A DNA stretch of 62,000 nucleotides from Vicugna vicugna (Eukaryota), in contig MU058037.1 in assembly GCA_013265495.1 (NCBI GenBank), positions 62,001 to 124,000 of the forward strand, read 5' to 3'. Below the pieces are notes generated by a model that was not told the DNA's origin, made no database searches, and saw nothing but the letters and a program-made list of their open reading frames with translations. A program made the position numbers and the translations under genes. Shown piece after piece: positions 1-11,872 of this stretch. Each line of letters begins with the position of its first letter. The stretch's first letter is position 1.

Positions 1-221
1 CTCTAAGGAAGATAACAATGAAGGGGAATTAGAGGGTGCCAAGAGGTCAGTCTCCACTGAGTAACCCCAAGACCCAAATCGGTACTGTCGTCCACCCACT
101 CAGGTGCTGAACTAGTTACGGCATAACTTCTGACTTTAGGATCTGGATATGTTGTAGTGGTTAGCTCTTAGCCTTTCAAACCCCAAACAGTCGCTGGATG
201 TTGGGTGGAGAGCTACAGGAG

Positions 222-373
222 CAGTGTGCTGGAGATGGCTCATGCCAGCTTGTGAGACAGTTATTAAATTTTTAGGAGTTTGTGAGCTAGGTATTAAACT
301 GTGAGTAATTTGAAATTGGCTATGCCCCCACTTCCCAAGAAAGCCCGTTGTTCAGGTTTCTCAGCATACCACT
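222..373. mobile_element. hAT-Blackjack MITE remnant (MER63-like)
   Basis: The ends cagtgtgctgg ... cagcataccacta resemble the MER63 TIR cagtggtgtgctgg and the copy at 41942-42121. Confidence 0.55.
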
Positions 374-721
374 AGCTATGAAGCTTCTTGTATATACAAA
401 GATAATCCTAGAATTGGAGCTCTTCTTGGTCCTAACACTGAAGACCTGGTTTTTCTGGAGTCTCCTGGTTTCTTAATTCTGTTCATCCTTCAGAGTGACC
501 TAGCTTTCATAGCTCCTGGTAGATTGGGCCATGATCTTTATCTGTGTCAACCACCCTTATAGCCTGAGTTCTTCCATATCCTTAACCAGTTTTTAGTTTT
601 CCCTTGGTGGTGTTACTCTGCTGGGGACCTTAACTAGTCCTTAGTTGCCTGCCATGATGTCTCAGAGAATTAAACAAGATTCTCTTCATTGTCTGTATAT
701 ATGTTGAAGAATATTCCTCAC

Positions 722-1183
722 TGTAGTGGACACTGCTGGTGCTCCGTCCATACCCTTTGGCGCTCATCATTTTAGTATATGCCAACAGAATCTGCAGAAC
801 GCCTGCACTTCTCTCCCCAAGGGCTCTTCAGGTCACGGGTGGGACTGGCTGGAGGTGCTGGCAAGTTAATGCCTCATGACAGACACTTATCCAATGTCTG
901 ATGGCGGTTGTAAGGTAAGTATACTTCAGCTCCCTCATTCCTCAGTTAGAACAACTCTGCCACATTTTCCACAGCCATCTTCCAGAAGTCTCCGGTGGGA
1001 TTGAGCCCCAGTTGCCCATAGAGATAATTAATTCATTAGCATATCCCCTATTACCTTCCTTCCCTTTCTTACATCACTTTCCCCCTCCCCTGCTGGTGCT
1101 CCTGGGATTACCTCCTACATAAACTACCTACACGTGCATCCTTGTCTCTGGGTCTGATTCTGGAAAAGAACCAGCCTTAGACA
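722..1183 (+). mobile_element. Solo LTR, ERVL LTR16 family
   Basis: TG...CA ends and 462 bp long. It has the typical 3' end (ataaactac...ccttgtctctgggtctg...agaca). The 5-bp target duplication is ctcac/ctcat. Confidence 0.8.
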
Positions 1184-3543
1184 CTCATCACCCTCATTTT
1201 TATACCAACAACGGAATGGAAGGCACTTATGAACCACCTTCTGAAAATACCTGAATAAAAAGATATTTGGTTGGCAGATAATGTATTAATAAATGTTCAA
1301 CTAGGCATCTCCTTTTTTGAATGCTCTGTGATGGCCAAACATTTTGCAGTGGTGCTTGCTGTTTTCCCTTTGCCATCATCAAAGTAACGCCAAAAGAGCA
1401 CATGTAGATGGCTTTAGTCCTGTGCTTTATTTTTAATTCTGTGTAAATAAATACAAAATGACAAAAATATACATGTTTACTGGACATTGCATTTGATTGT
1501 GTGGCATTACATAGTGTGTCACAATATTTCAGCTTGTAATTGTATCTTTCACCTATTGGTGCACAATTCTGTAACTTCTAGAATACAATTCCCCTGGAAC
1601 CTTTAGTGGAACCCCTGAGTGCTTAGACTTGCAAAAGTTTGTTTGGGGAGTATTTGAGCCACACTGGCTGAGGTCTAAGGATATTTTTGGAAACATCTAA
1701 AACAGTAAAAGAGTAAAGGATGGAGAGGATTTTCTTTTTGCATTCATGAGAAGCATGCAGGGATACAAATCTCAGAATACCACACTATAGTTTAAGCTTT
1801 GGATTCGGTATGTGTATCTAGAAAAATTATTCAACAGTAATGATTATTTCTAGAATTTGCTTTTTATCCTTGGAAGGTCAATTGCCAGGGCCTGTTAAGA
1901 ACATTCAGTACTACTTTCAGGGTTTTTTCTTTTTCTTTTCTTTTTTTTGTCATTTTTCTGTAATACAAGTCAACTGAAATGAAAAATTAAGTGGGCACCT
2001 TTGCCAACAACCTTATGTTTCTTGATTCATGTAAGTGCGGACAAATATGGCAGCCTGTCTGATCTTTTATTTGATGACCTTCAGTTCATGGGACTCAACA
2101 TTCTTACAAATTCAACACCTGTGTTCCTGTTCAAGCTGTTGTGATAAGTATTTACTACACATTCTTTTAGGGCTCCCTCTCAGTGGATGCTTTTGAATTT
2201 GGTGACTTCAGCTATGACTCAAGGGAATTTTTGTTTTGATGTTGTGAATCAGTGATGCTCTCTGGAGAAATGCAGATTTTCCTGTAGGTGATGAAATGTC
2301 ATCTCAGTGTAATGCCCTAGGGACGATAACACTTGCCCCCAAGAGGGAGAGGCCTGGCTTCTTGAGCCATGCCTTGGTGATAAGAAATTTTAGTTTTTCC
2401 ACCTCTTACTCTTGTTTTTTTTTAATTCTAAGAAATGACTTTTCCATTTTATAGAGTAAAATCATTGCCCACCCCGCAGGTTTTGAATACAGACTGTCAG
2501 CACCCATGTCCCTGTATAAGACTATCTACCCATTCAAGTAGGACGCACAGATGAGAATATGCTGCAGTGAGTGTGTTTTTGTCAAACAAAAGTCTCATGT
2601 TTAAGATCTAACATGATTTTGTCCTATTGCCCTATTGATCTTTGCCAGCTAAAACTTACAGCTCTTTATCCCATTTTGGATTCCAGCAAAAGCTAAATAC
2701 TTCATGAATTGCAAAACTCACCAACTTTGCTGAGGGGTGTGGTAAGAGAGTCTAATTTAAGATCCAGAATTATCATCTACAATCCATTTTTAAGTGAATT
2801 TCTTTTAAAAGAAATTCCATTTTTATCTTTTCTTATGGAAAAGAAAAGGACAGAAATAGAAAGTAAAATATTTCCCCCTATCAAAAATTATCCATGTATA
2901 GAAGGCATCCAGGTTGCCTGATGACGTCGATGGAGGAATATGGAGAGGAGCAGTGTTCCTTCTTCCAACCTTACTGGAGGTTTTAGCAGTGCCCTTTTAT
3001 AGGCAGCAACTTGAGTGTTGGCCTATCTTCAAAGGAGATTTGGACTTAGATGGAATGATTTACTAAATATCTCCATAAATCTGGAATGTGCACATACTAT
3101 TTTGCCATTGGGATGGAAACTTAACTAAGTATGTTGAAATATTAAAATGTACTCATTCATTTTCTCTTTTCCCTTGGCCCTTATTTTCTGGGCTATTTAG
3201 GGAAATGTCAGTGCTCGAGAGTAAAGCAAAGTGGGCAAAAATCCAAGGATTAAATTTAGTTTTTATGTATGTCTTCCTACCGTAAAATATTTCCAAGTTA
3301 GTTAACTAAATTAATTGAACATGCAGATATGAAATGGAATTGGGAGTGAAGGCCTGGTGTGATATGCTTACTTTTCTGACCTGGGTTTTTTATCTGCACT
3401 ATAGTTTGGCTTCTGAAAAAGGAAGTCATTCTGACCTTTCTTCTATTTGTTAGAGAGTTATCACTGATGAGAGGGTGTCCCACTGCAAAATTATCCTGTG
3501 GATGTTTATACACCCCCCACAAACTCGAGACAGCTTTTTCCCC

Positions 3544-3590
3544 GTGTGTGTGTGTCTGTGTGTGTGTGTGTGGGGGGGAGAGAGAGAGAG
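3544..3590. repeat. Compound microsatellite (GT)n-G7-(AG)n
   Basis: Directly visible. Confidence 0.95.
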
Positions 3591-3774
3591 AACTGATTTC
3601 AGTTTCCATGGAAATGGGCTAAATAAGGACTTTAACAAACAGGAGTATGAGTGCAACTTCTTTGCTATTCCAGCTCAGAATTATTGAGACAAAATCTGAA
3701 ATCATTCCAGTCCTTTACATTGTGAGATCAATATTGTAATTTGGTACCTGTGACATAGAATTTTGGATTCAAAC

Positions 3775-3780
3775 TTTATT
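3775..3780 (-). terminator. Candidate distal poly(A) signal AATAAA
   Basis: The + strand reads tttatt. The mRNA context is ...tttcactgtcaccAATAAAgtttgaatcc... Confidence 0.5.
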
Positions 3781-4550
3781 GGTGACAGTGAAATCGTGCA
3801 TCCATTAAGTTAGCCCTGTGAAATAAACTAAAATGGCCCGCCCTGAACAATTGATTTGACACTGTAGGCATATGTTACTGTGGTGTTGTTCCCCTCAGGT
3901 TTTTCTCCTCTTTCTCCACACAGGTGTTGACGTATAACTAAAACACCCCTAATTTCCTCTCTCCTCAACTCAAAATGCCTGTGGAAGGTCATAGTTCTAC
4001 AGGAAGGGGAGGCCAAACTTAGACTTTTCTTAGCCCTCTGTTGACTTCCTTTAAGCCCAGGCATGTAGGTACATAGGGTTCTTCTTGCTACCATTTTATC
4101 CCCACGTTTGTGATCACAAATTAAACTGAGGCCAGGAAATCATTTTTTGTTTTCTTTCTCCGGAGACAGAGATGTAACATTGTGACCATTACCAAAGAAG
4201 GTACCATATGCAAGGTTTTACAAAAAGACATCTGCTGCCAAACAAACAAAAACCCCAAACCTCTGTCTGCAAGACATGAAGTAATAAGAACTTTTTTGAT
4301 TGCCCATCTGGAAAAAGCAAAACAACAAAAAAGAACACATACTAATTACCATTACTGAGATACCTGAATGTAAAAAAAAGAAGGGAAAGGGAAAATAGTA
4401 AAACTGAAGATACTCCCCTGGCCTGCTGTCCTGTCACTCTGTGATGTTTGTCTGTCAGAGAGCTAGAAACCTATATGAAAAAGTGAAAGCTGTGAGTTTG
4501 AAATCTTCTTTACACTTGAAATTTTGACATCACGATTAAAAACAGGATGC

Positions 4551-4556
4551 TTTATT
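4551..4556 (-). terminator. Candidate poly(A) signal AATAAA
   Basis: The mRNA context is ttccAATAAAgcatcctgtttttaatcgtgatgtc, with U-rich sequence downstream. Confidence 0.4.
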
Positions 4557-6156
4557 GGAAGATAGGGGTTTAATATGAAAAGATAGTCAACTAAGGACTC
4601 AATGTATTTGACATGAGGCGTTTCCAAGGTTTAGTGTGCTAAGTGGCTTGAGGGTTGCTACTGCCTATAAATTCCTTGTGCAAGCCTGAAATGTTGCCCT
4701 CTGGTGAAGGCTGGTCAGATGGAGAGGAACTGTGGGATTGCCAATCACCAGTGGGATGGTTTTCCCTGCTGATTTTGTTTTTGTGTAGGTGTGGGATGAC
4801 ATAAATACATATTTTAGGTGTCAGAGAAACTCAAGTGGTATAAAATGTAGGACATCATTTCTTTCTTGAAAGAGTTGGTCATTTTTTATTCCTGGTTTTC
4901 CTTAAACATCTTTAAAATAAAAAAGTAGAGTTTATTAATGCACCTTGATAGACCAGTGTTTTAACGCCAAGTGGGAAATCTTTCTGGGCAGGTTTTCAAT
5001 GAATTCCACGTGAGCAGGTGTTGCCTGCCATGGATCAAAGTGGTATGACTCACACTCTGTCAAGCTTGGGGTACAACTGTGGAATTTTTCCCGGGAGGAT
5101 TTGATGCTTATCTGTCTTAAAGCTGACCAAGCGAAACTAATTATGTGCTCTAGGACTTGAATATTCCTTTTTAGTTTAAAAATAACGTATTACTCCCAGA
5201 ATCACCTACTTTCCTCTTGTGAAGAAACCCACCTAAAATATGGGGGAACCAAACCTAACACTGAGGTCTCTGTTGGAGAAATAGATAAGCTTTCTGAATG
5301 CTGCATTGAGTGAGTCATCTGACTGACAAGATGGAATCGTATGATCAATTGCCATGAATACAACTTAAAAATTCACTGTGATTGAACCCAGAACTTTACA
5401 GAGTAATATGCAATTTTGGGAACTTCTTTCATTAGCAATGACAATAAGAGAGGAACCACATTTTGCTATCTAAACTATTTTATGTCTAGGGTGATGATCT
5501 TTTGCAACATTAGTAAATGTTTGAGATAGACTCTCTTCCCTTTTGTCACTCACTGGAATTGGACTTCCAGAGGAACATTTAACTATTTCATTGCTAATAG
5601 TTATTAGCAGGGGTTATCTTTGATGTTAAAAAATTAAATGCACTGGCTCTCTAGACACACTTTTTATAGCTTTGAAACATTTGCACATTTAGAAGAATGA
5701 GAGAAATTTGGCCAAGGAATTACTAAACCCAAGTTGACACTTTCCTTGTTTTTCCTTGTTTGGGCCTAGCATTCAATAATTCTGCTCACTGCTTCTAAGC
5801 TGGTGTGTGAATACACAAACGTGGGTGGTTGAATTATGGGATCATAGATGATACAAATAGAACCTGAATGTGCTCTGCCCAAGTTACTAAGGGCCAATTA
5901 TGAGTTGAGAATTCAAAAGAAAATGTGGAATCCTTTTACTTTTTTAAAAAAAGCCTAGATTCAGGCTCGATATCTTTATCTTACAGAGATTCCTGAACGA
6001 CTCCATTATTTTCCATTCATATTTTCAGTCATTCCACGCAAATTTGATTTATTTCACCTTCCCAGTAATTACTATTTTTCCTGCCACTCTCTGTCTAAAT
6101 CTTAGGAACTATACTAGGGCTCCTCTCCCCAACTTCTCTTAAAGTCCACTCTGTGC

Positions 6157-6200
6157 CGTGTGTGTGTGTGCGCGCGCACGTGTGTGCATGTGTATGTGTA
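6157..6200. repeat. Alternating purine-pyrimidine tract (GT)n(GC)n...
   Basis: cgtgtgtgtgtgtgcgcgcgcacgtgtgtgcatgtgtatgtgta. Confidence 0.9.
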
Positions 6201-6893
6201 TTAACTATATGTTTCTGGTCTTGGACAGTTCTTTCTGTCACTTGTATGACTCTTCTCCCAAACTGATGTTTCTTATCACTAGGCTTCTCTGGATGGCACC
6301 TTCTTTCCTTGGAGTGGATGAAAGGCACTGGCTTTCCCATTGAACCAACACTAGTGATAAATGGAAAATGCCCACTCCTTCTTAAGACTGGGAGTTGGCA
6401 AAACAGAATGACACCCCCCCCACGTATGTCCTTCTTCCTTCCTCCCCACTCCTTTTCTCCTTGTCTGGATTGCAAAGCAAAAATTCTAGATTAGTTTCCA
6501 CACCTCCAGACTTTGAGAGAGATCTCTGTGGTTTTGGGTCTCTGCTGTTCTCACCTATGACTTAGAAAAATTACATCAAATGCAGTTTCCCATTATAAAA
6601 CTGTTAGCAATTTGTAAATTCCAAGAAACGTTCACTTCCTAAGGTTTCTTTCTTTTTTTTTTAAGTGTACTGTTTGGTTCATGCACAGGAAACATATAAA
6701 AAGGAAAGATAAAAGTTTTTATGGTTCCCTACAGATAGCTGAAGCCTTTGGCCTGCCAAACCCCACAGAACCAAAGGGCTGGGCCTGCTAAGGCATTTTA
6801 ATGTGCTTCAAATGTGTCAGGTATGTTACAAAAGGTAGTGTGCATGTATGTAAGTGTTGTAGGTGTGTTGAATGTACATGCATTATGTATGCA

Positions 6894-6921
6894 TGTGTGT
6901 GTGTGTGTGTGTGTGTGTGTG
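6894..6921. repeat. (TG)14 microsatellite
   Basis: Directly visible. Confidence 0.97.
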
Positions 6922-8210
6922 AAGTAGAGCTAATGGCTCATTACTAATTTTGGCCAGTCATGCATGGTCTTGGGAGGCATCATGGAATCTGCCTTGGTGC
7001 TTGTGGATAGAAGGCAAAGATAATTTGGGCAGGATGTAATTTAAAGAATATAGATCTGAAAGTCTCAGCCAAACATGCTGAAGGTTCACCCTGGAAATCA
7101 AGTATGTTGTTTTGCCAAAGAGAATCATATAGGTTTTCCCAAGGATGAGCCTGGAATTGGTAGTGGAAATGGGCCAAGATATTGCCATTTTGTAAGAATT
7201 AAACAAAACACTGTATAGGTCTCAGTGAACAAAGTCTTCAAACTTTACATCAGATACTGTAGAATGGGGCTAATATTCCTCCATCTCAACAGAAGGCTTC
7301 CCTTGTCATGGCTGGGCAGGGGCTTATGTAAATGGCACTGTTCAGTCACCAGTGCCTCCTTTGTGCTTCCTGGAGGGCTGAGCAGTGATTCCCTCGGGTT
7401 TGCCCTTGGTACAGCCCAGGTGTATTCCATTGTTCCTAGAGTAATGGCAGAAGAAGCACAACCCACAGGTACAAGAACAGTCATTTTTTCTCCAGCCTCC
7501 TCCATCGACGTAGAGCGTAGCTAGTTTATGTCTCAGAGTCAAGAGAACTGGCTTCTCTTTGCAGACCTATGTCCAAGACACGTCTGTCCTTCAATGTAAC
7601 CAAATGTCCACAATCATGATTTCTTATCTGCCCACTATGAATATTACCAAAATGAATGAGACACATTCGCTCCCTCCCTTGAATAGGGATCTCCTGGGAA
7701 CACCCTTTCAATGATGTGGTTTGCTGCGGCCACAAGCACATCCCTATATAACTTGGGAATAGGCTGCTCCTCCCCCGGCTCCTTTATTAGGGACCACCTC
7801 TGCACGTTGCCTTTGTTGGCTGCCCTCTTCAGGTGTCTGTGTGTGGGAAGTGGTTACTGCAAGTCTGAGGCTATAGATACTTTGTTGCCACAGTCAGAAC
7901 ATGGTAGCGGCCTGGTATTCTTTCTGCCAACAAGAGCATGATGCAGAGGGGTCCTTTACCCAGTCTTCCCTGGGGAGTATGTTTAACTGGTGCTAGAATA
8001 TAAATTGGACAGTGAAATCCTGTTTGCAGGATAAATAAACAAATGCATGAAAGGAACGGAAGTAGGCACTTGGCTCGGCATGAAGAGACCAATATTTAGA
8101 AGCAGTTTTGGCTCCTTAGAGAAAAGATTGTTGGGAAATTCTTGGTTGCCCATTGGCCACAATGAGGACACCAGGATTACACTCCCATTGAGGTCTTTAT
8201 TAATTTAGGA

Positions 8211-8382
8211 CAGTGGTTCTTCACCCTTTTTGGGTCACAGACCTCTTTTGGGATCTGACAACTATGCACTCTCTTTAGGAAAATGCACATATTGAACATA
8301 TACACACATGTTTGCATATAATTTAATTTGAGGGAATTCAGAGCCCCGCCCTCCCACCAACTCATTCATGGTTAAGACCCCA
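8211..8382. mobile_element. hAT-Charlie MITE (MER117-like) in the putative 3' UTR
   Basis: It has cagtggttcttca... and ...ggttaagacccc ends, and the internal ttttgggtcacagacc...gaaaatgcacata...tttgcatataattt motif. Confidence 0.6.
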
Positions 8383-8409
8383 AAATTAGATACATAGAAT
8401 TTGGCAGTA

Positions 8410-8545
8410 ACGTGGCAGAATGGAGAGAGGACTGAGGCTAGGAACTAGGAGACTTCAATTATAGTCCTGTGTCTGCTTCTAACTAGCTCTGTGCATGTAA
8501 TTTCACTTCTCCAGGTTTCAGTTTTCTTAAGTGAAAAACAAGGGG
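8410..8545. mobile_element. MIR fragment
   Basis: Degenerate MIR core (ctaactagctctgtg...cacttctc...tttcagttttctt). Confidence 0.55.
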
Positions 8546-9519
8546 GTAAGCTTAATTCCATGCAAAGATTTCCATCTGGTGGCAACATTCTGGCAGGAGA
8601 GGAGGCTGGCCCAAACCACAGGGACAGCATTCCTTCCACCAAGGTCCCTCTGTGGGTTGCCTCCTTGGTACACATTGCTTTCTTTGTACTTTGAAAAGGT
8701 AGGCTCCTCCAAACCTTTGCAGTGCTAATTTTAATCTAACTTGAAAACCTACACAGAGGCCATAGCTCTGGTCACCTCACATCCTCTTCCTTGCGTGGCA
8801 CCCTCACAGACATCACAGAGGACTTCAAAGAGATCACCTGGGCAGAAGAGGGGCAGGTGAGAGGCTGGCTGGGGAGGACATCCTGACACTGCCTATTCAG
8901 GTGAATGGATTTTAGCTCATTCAGTTTCCTCTTTGCTTTCTCCTGGACTGGCATGAAACAGAAACAAACAGTTGTAACCACCACGGGGAGGAACTCCGCA
9001 ATGTGTTGGCTGAAGCCATTCTCAGTTCTTTGCCAGAGAATCCGGTGGTACTAATTTAATATTTTCCTTCGTGTTGCAGCTTTACCATGCTTTTGAAAAA
9101 TAGGAACTTTGTCTTCATATACCTGGTGCTTTTTATGTCGCACTAACTTAAAAGCAGATTACCCCAAAGGAATGTTCAGATGTCTTCAGGCAAGGCAGGC
9201 GTAGTAATTAAATAAGTGCACTCCCCTCCCTGCCCCATCCCCAAGTGCCTGTGTCCCTTTCTTTTAAGGGACATTACAGTCCCGCTCCAGCATCTTAGGG
9301 CTTGTGTCCCTTTACACTCGTGCCACTAGGTGGTGATCCAGCCAATTTTCGAATGTCCTAAAATGACTGGGACAACTCCTGGACTCACGTCTGCAAAAAC
9401 CTACTTCTTTGTAGTTTTCGATCCTGAGCCATGGTGTTACTGTGTGGGATGGACAAATTACAGATAATGTCTTGAGTTCCTTCTCTACAGCAGGCCTTGC
9501 ACGAGTGCTTTCTGAACAT

Positions 9520-9745
9520 CTTCTCATTTAATCCTTACAGTGAATCTGCAAGATCAGTCAAATGTAGGCTCTCTGAGGGCAGATATATATATATTTTTAA
9601 ATCTGCTTTGTTTACTGCTGTCCCCAGTCTCCAGAACAGTATCTGAGTGATATGAGGCACTAAGTATTTGCTGAGTTTAAAGATTGTTACTATTATTATC
9701 CCCATTTCACAGATGAGAAAACAGAAATTCACAGAGATCAAACAT
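9520..9745. mobile_element. MIR interrupted by an L2 3'-end fragment
   Basis: It reads ctcatttaatccttac ... attatccccatttcacagatgagaaaacaga. An internal ctgctttgtttactgctgtccccagt...ggcactaagtatttgctga L2-like tail interrupts it. Confidence 0.6.
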
Positions 9746-10489
9746 TACTATAAGCTGCAGGACTACTTTAATAGGATCCGAAGGAATAAAAAGCCATTAT
9801 GAGGAGGATATCATTTGTGTCCAAGAGGCTCTGCCTCACGCCACAGCCCCAAGGCGGCTGCCCAGCCCACCCGTTCTTGAGATAGACACAGCCAAGCTCC
9901 ATTGCTGGGGCCAGAGGAAAGTCGTGTCATGGTCCCAGCATGCCACTCAGAACAGTTGGGTGGTGGTTCATTAAAACAAAAGGATTATCAAGGGCCTTAC
10001 TCAGAGCAGTATATTGCACAAGTAACTGTAGCCATGGAGGATGGCGTCTGATTATCTCGCTTCTACTTGAAAACTGAGGTGGTAAAAATAGGAAAGGTGG
10101 GAGCAAAACAAGCAAACACAAACACACATCACACATGAAACTGAAGCAAAAACAAACTCCCCAAACCTAACCCCCCCAAATCCCCCAAACCCAAAACAAA
10201 ACTGATGAGCTGGAACTTTGGAGAAGAAGTTTCATCAGTGTTTGTCTTATTTTTTCTGTGGAACAAATGTACTCCTTTTAGCCTGAGGAGCCCTCATGCT
10301 ATTCATTGAGCCATTGCTGTCAGATTTAACAGTAATGTCCTATTTCAAGTATCATTTTCTTTCTTACAAACCCCCAGTTTCTTGTGAATTTACATCATCT
10401 GCTGAGTTTCACTCAGTGAGAGAATATCACCCTTACTCTGACTTTTCTTTTTTTCTTTATGAATGGCCAAGAAAGCCCTAGTATCACAG

Positions 10490-10495
10490 TTTATT
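10490..10495 (-). terminator. Candidate proximal poly(A) signal AATAAA (~3 kb after the stop)
   Basis: The mRNA context is caactaaaaaaAATAAActgtgatactagggctttcttgg. Confidence 0.4.
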
Positions 10496-11122
10496 TTTTT
10501 TAGTTGACCAGGAGCAATATTTTTGATGAATGGAATATTTTCTTTGGTAAACAAATAGCAAATACCAACTCAAAACCAACCAAGTAAAAGTTTCTTTGGT
10601 AAAGTGAACATTAATGTCTTGGTTGGAATTAATTGAAAAATAAAACTTGCGAGTGTTTGCTGGAATCGTTCCTTCCCTCTTTATAGCAACTGAAAAAGTA
10701 AAACTTCATGAAGTAAAGACTTCAATATTATGAGGATGTGATTCTGAGTTACTTCTAAAGTGTCTTCTCCATGGTGGGGCTAAACCAATGCTATTAGAGC
10801 AATTATTAATAATCAATATTAACAAATAAGTAAGAATGATCTAATAATAAATAATAATAAGTAGTAAATCTTGGCATGCAGAGTCCCCTAGTAAAAAAAT
10901 TCATTCATTCCACAGTCAGAATTCCATAAGCTTTGATTTCAAGTGCTGGAAAGAGAAGCTGACAAGTTTGAAAACGCCCTTCGTTTAAAAATACAATATC
11001 CCAAGGTATACAGAGACACAGTCAAGTTGGAAAACTACTATCTGTCATAAAACAAAGTTCCACAGAAGTCACTCTGGTTGACCAAACTGAATGGTTAAAT
11101 TCTCACCAGAATCCACTTAACT

Positions 11123-11183
11123 GGGGGGGGGGGAAGCGATAGAGAGAGAGAGGGAGTGTGTGTGTGTATGTGCGCGCACGCAC
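11123..11183. repeat. Compound G-run / (AG)n / (GT)n(GC)n tract
   Basis: Directly visible. Confidence 0.9.
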
Positions 11184-11779
11184 TTAAATCAATGGCTGAT
11201 TTAGAACACGCTCTTCAGAAAATGAGTTAGCAACCTATGATTTAAGAATAAAACCAATCCCCTCTTCAGCTGTGTTTTATAAATAATAGCCTAGTTGCAG
11301 GCCCCTTGGAGAGGGAATTGATCGCAGATCTATTATGCGAACTTGCCCTTTTTCGAGGATTGTACTTGTCCTTAGATTAAAGCTCATTATCTTCTAGCTG
11401 AGTGCATAACATGTTGGTATGATCACTTGGTGTGTTTGCAGGAGAGATTAAACAAGTGTGTAATGCACTAGCTATGATCCCCTGCACATATATTTAGAAC
11501 TGTGTGAACAACAGTACATGAAATAGAAAGCACAGGTTTGCACTTGGTGTGGTTATATCTGAATCATTTGGGCATTTTTGCTGTTTGGAAAGACAATGGT
11601 AAACCTAAATCCCAAACATTACCCAGACATTAAAACAAAAAAAAAGTCTGCCTTGTGGTCAATAAGTCCTGTGTTTCTTCCTTGGAAATGTACTTTTAAG
11701 GGAGTAATAGCCCTCTTATGAAAAATCTAAAATTGGCCTGCCCTGTCTTGGGCATGCTAAAGTGATGGAACCCCTCCAG

Positions 11780-11872
11780 TGGTGTGACCCTGGGTGAGTC
11801 GCTTCATTCTCCTAGGTCTCGGTTTCCTCCTCTGCGGGGGGTGGGGAAGTTGCACAGCACATCCGCTAAGGT
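11780..11872. mobile_element. MIR fragment
   Basis: tgtgaccctgggtgagtcgcttcattctcctaggtctcggtttcctcctctg is a MIR core. Confidence 0.6.

Noticed and set aside
6322..6328. Single miR-124 seed match (GUGCCUU on the mRNA)
   Set aside because: One 7-mer in ~10 kb is expected by chance and cannot be supported without conservation data.
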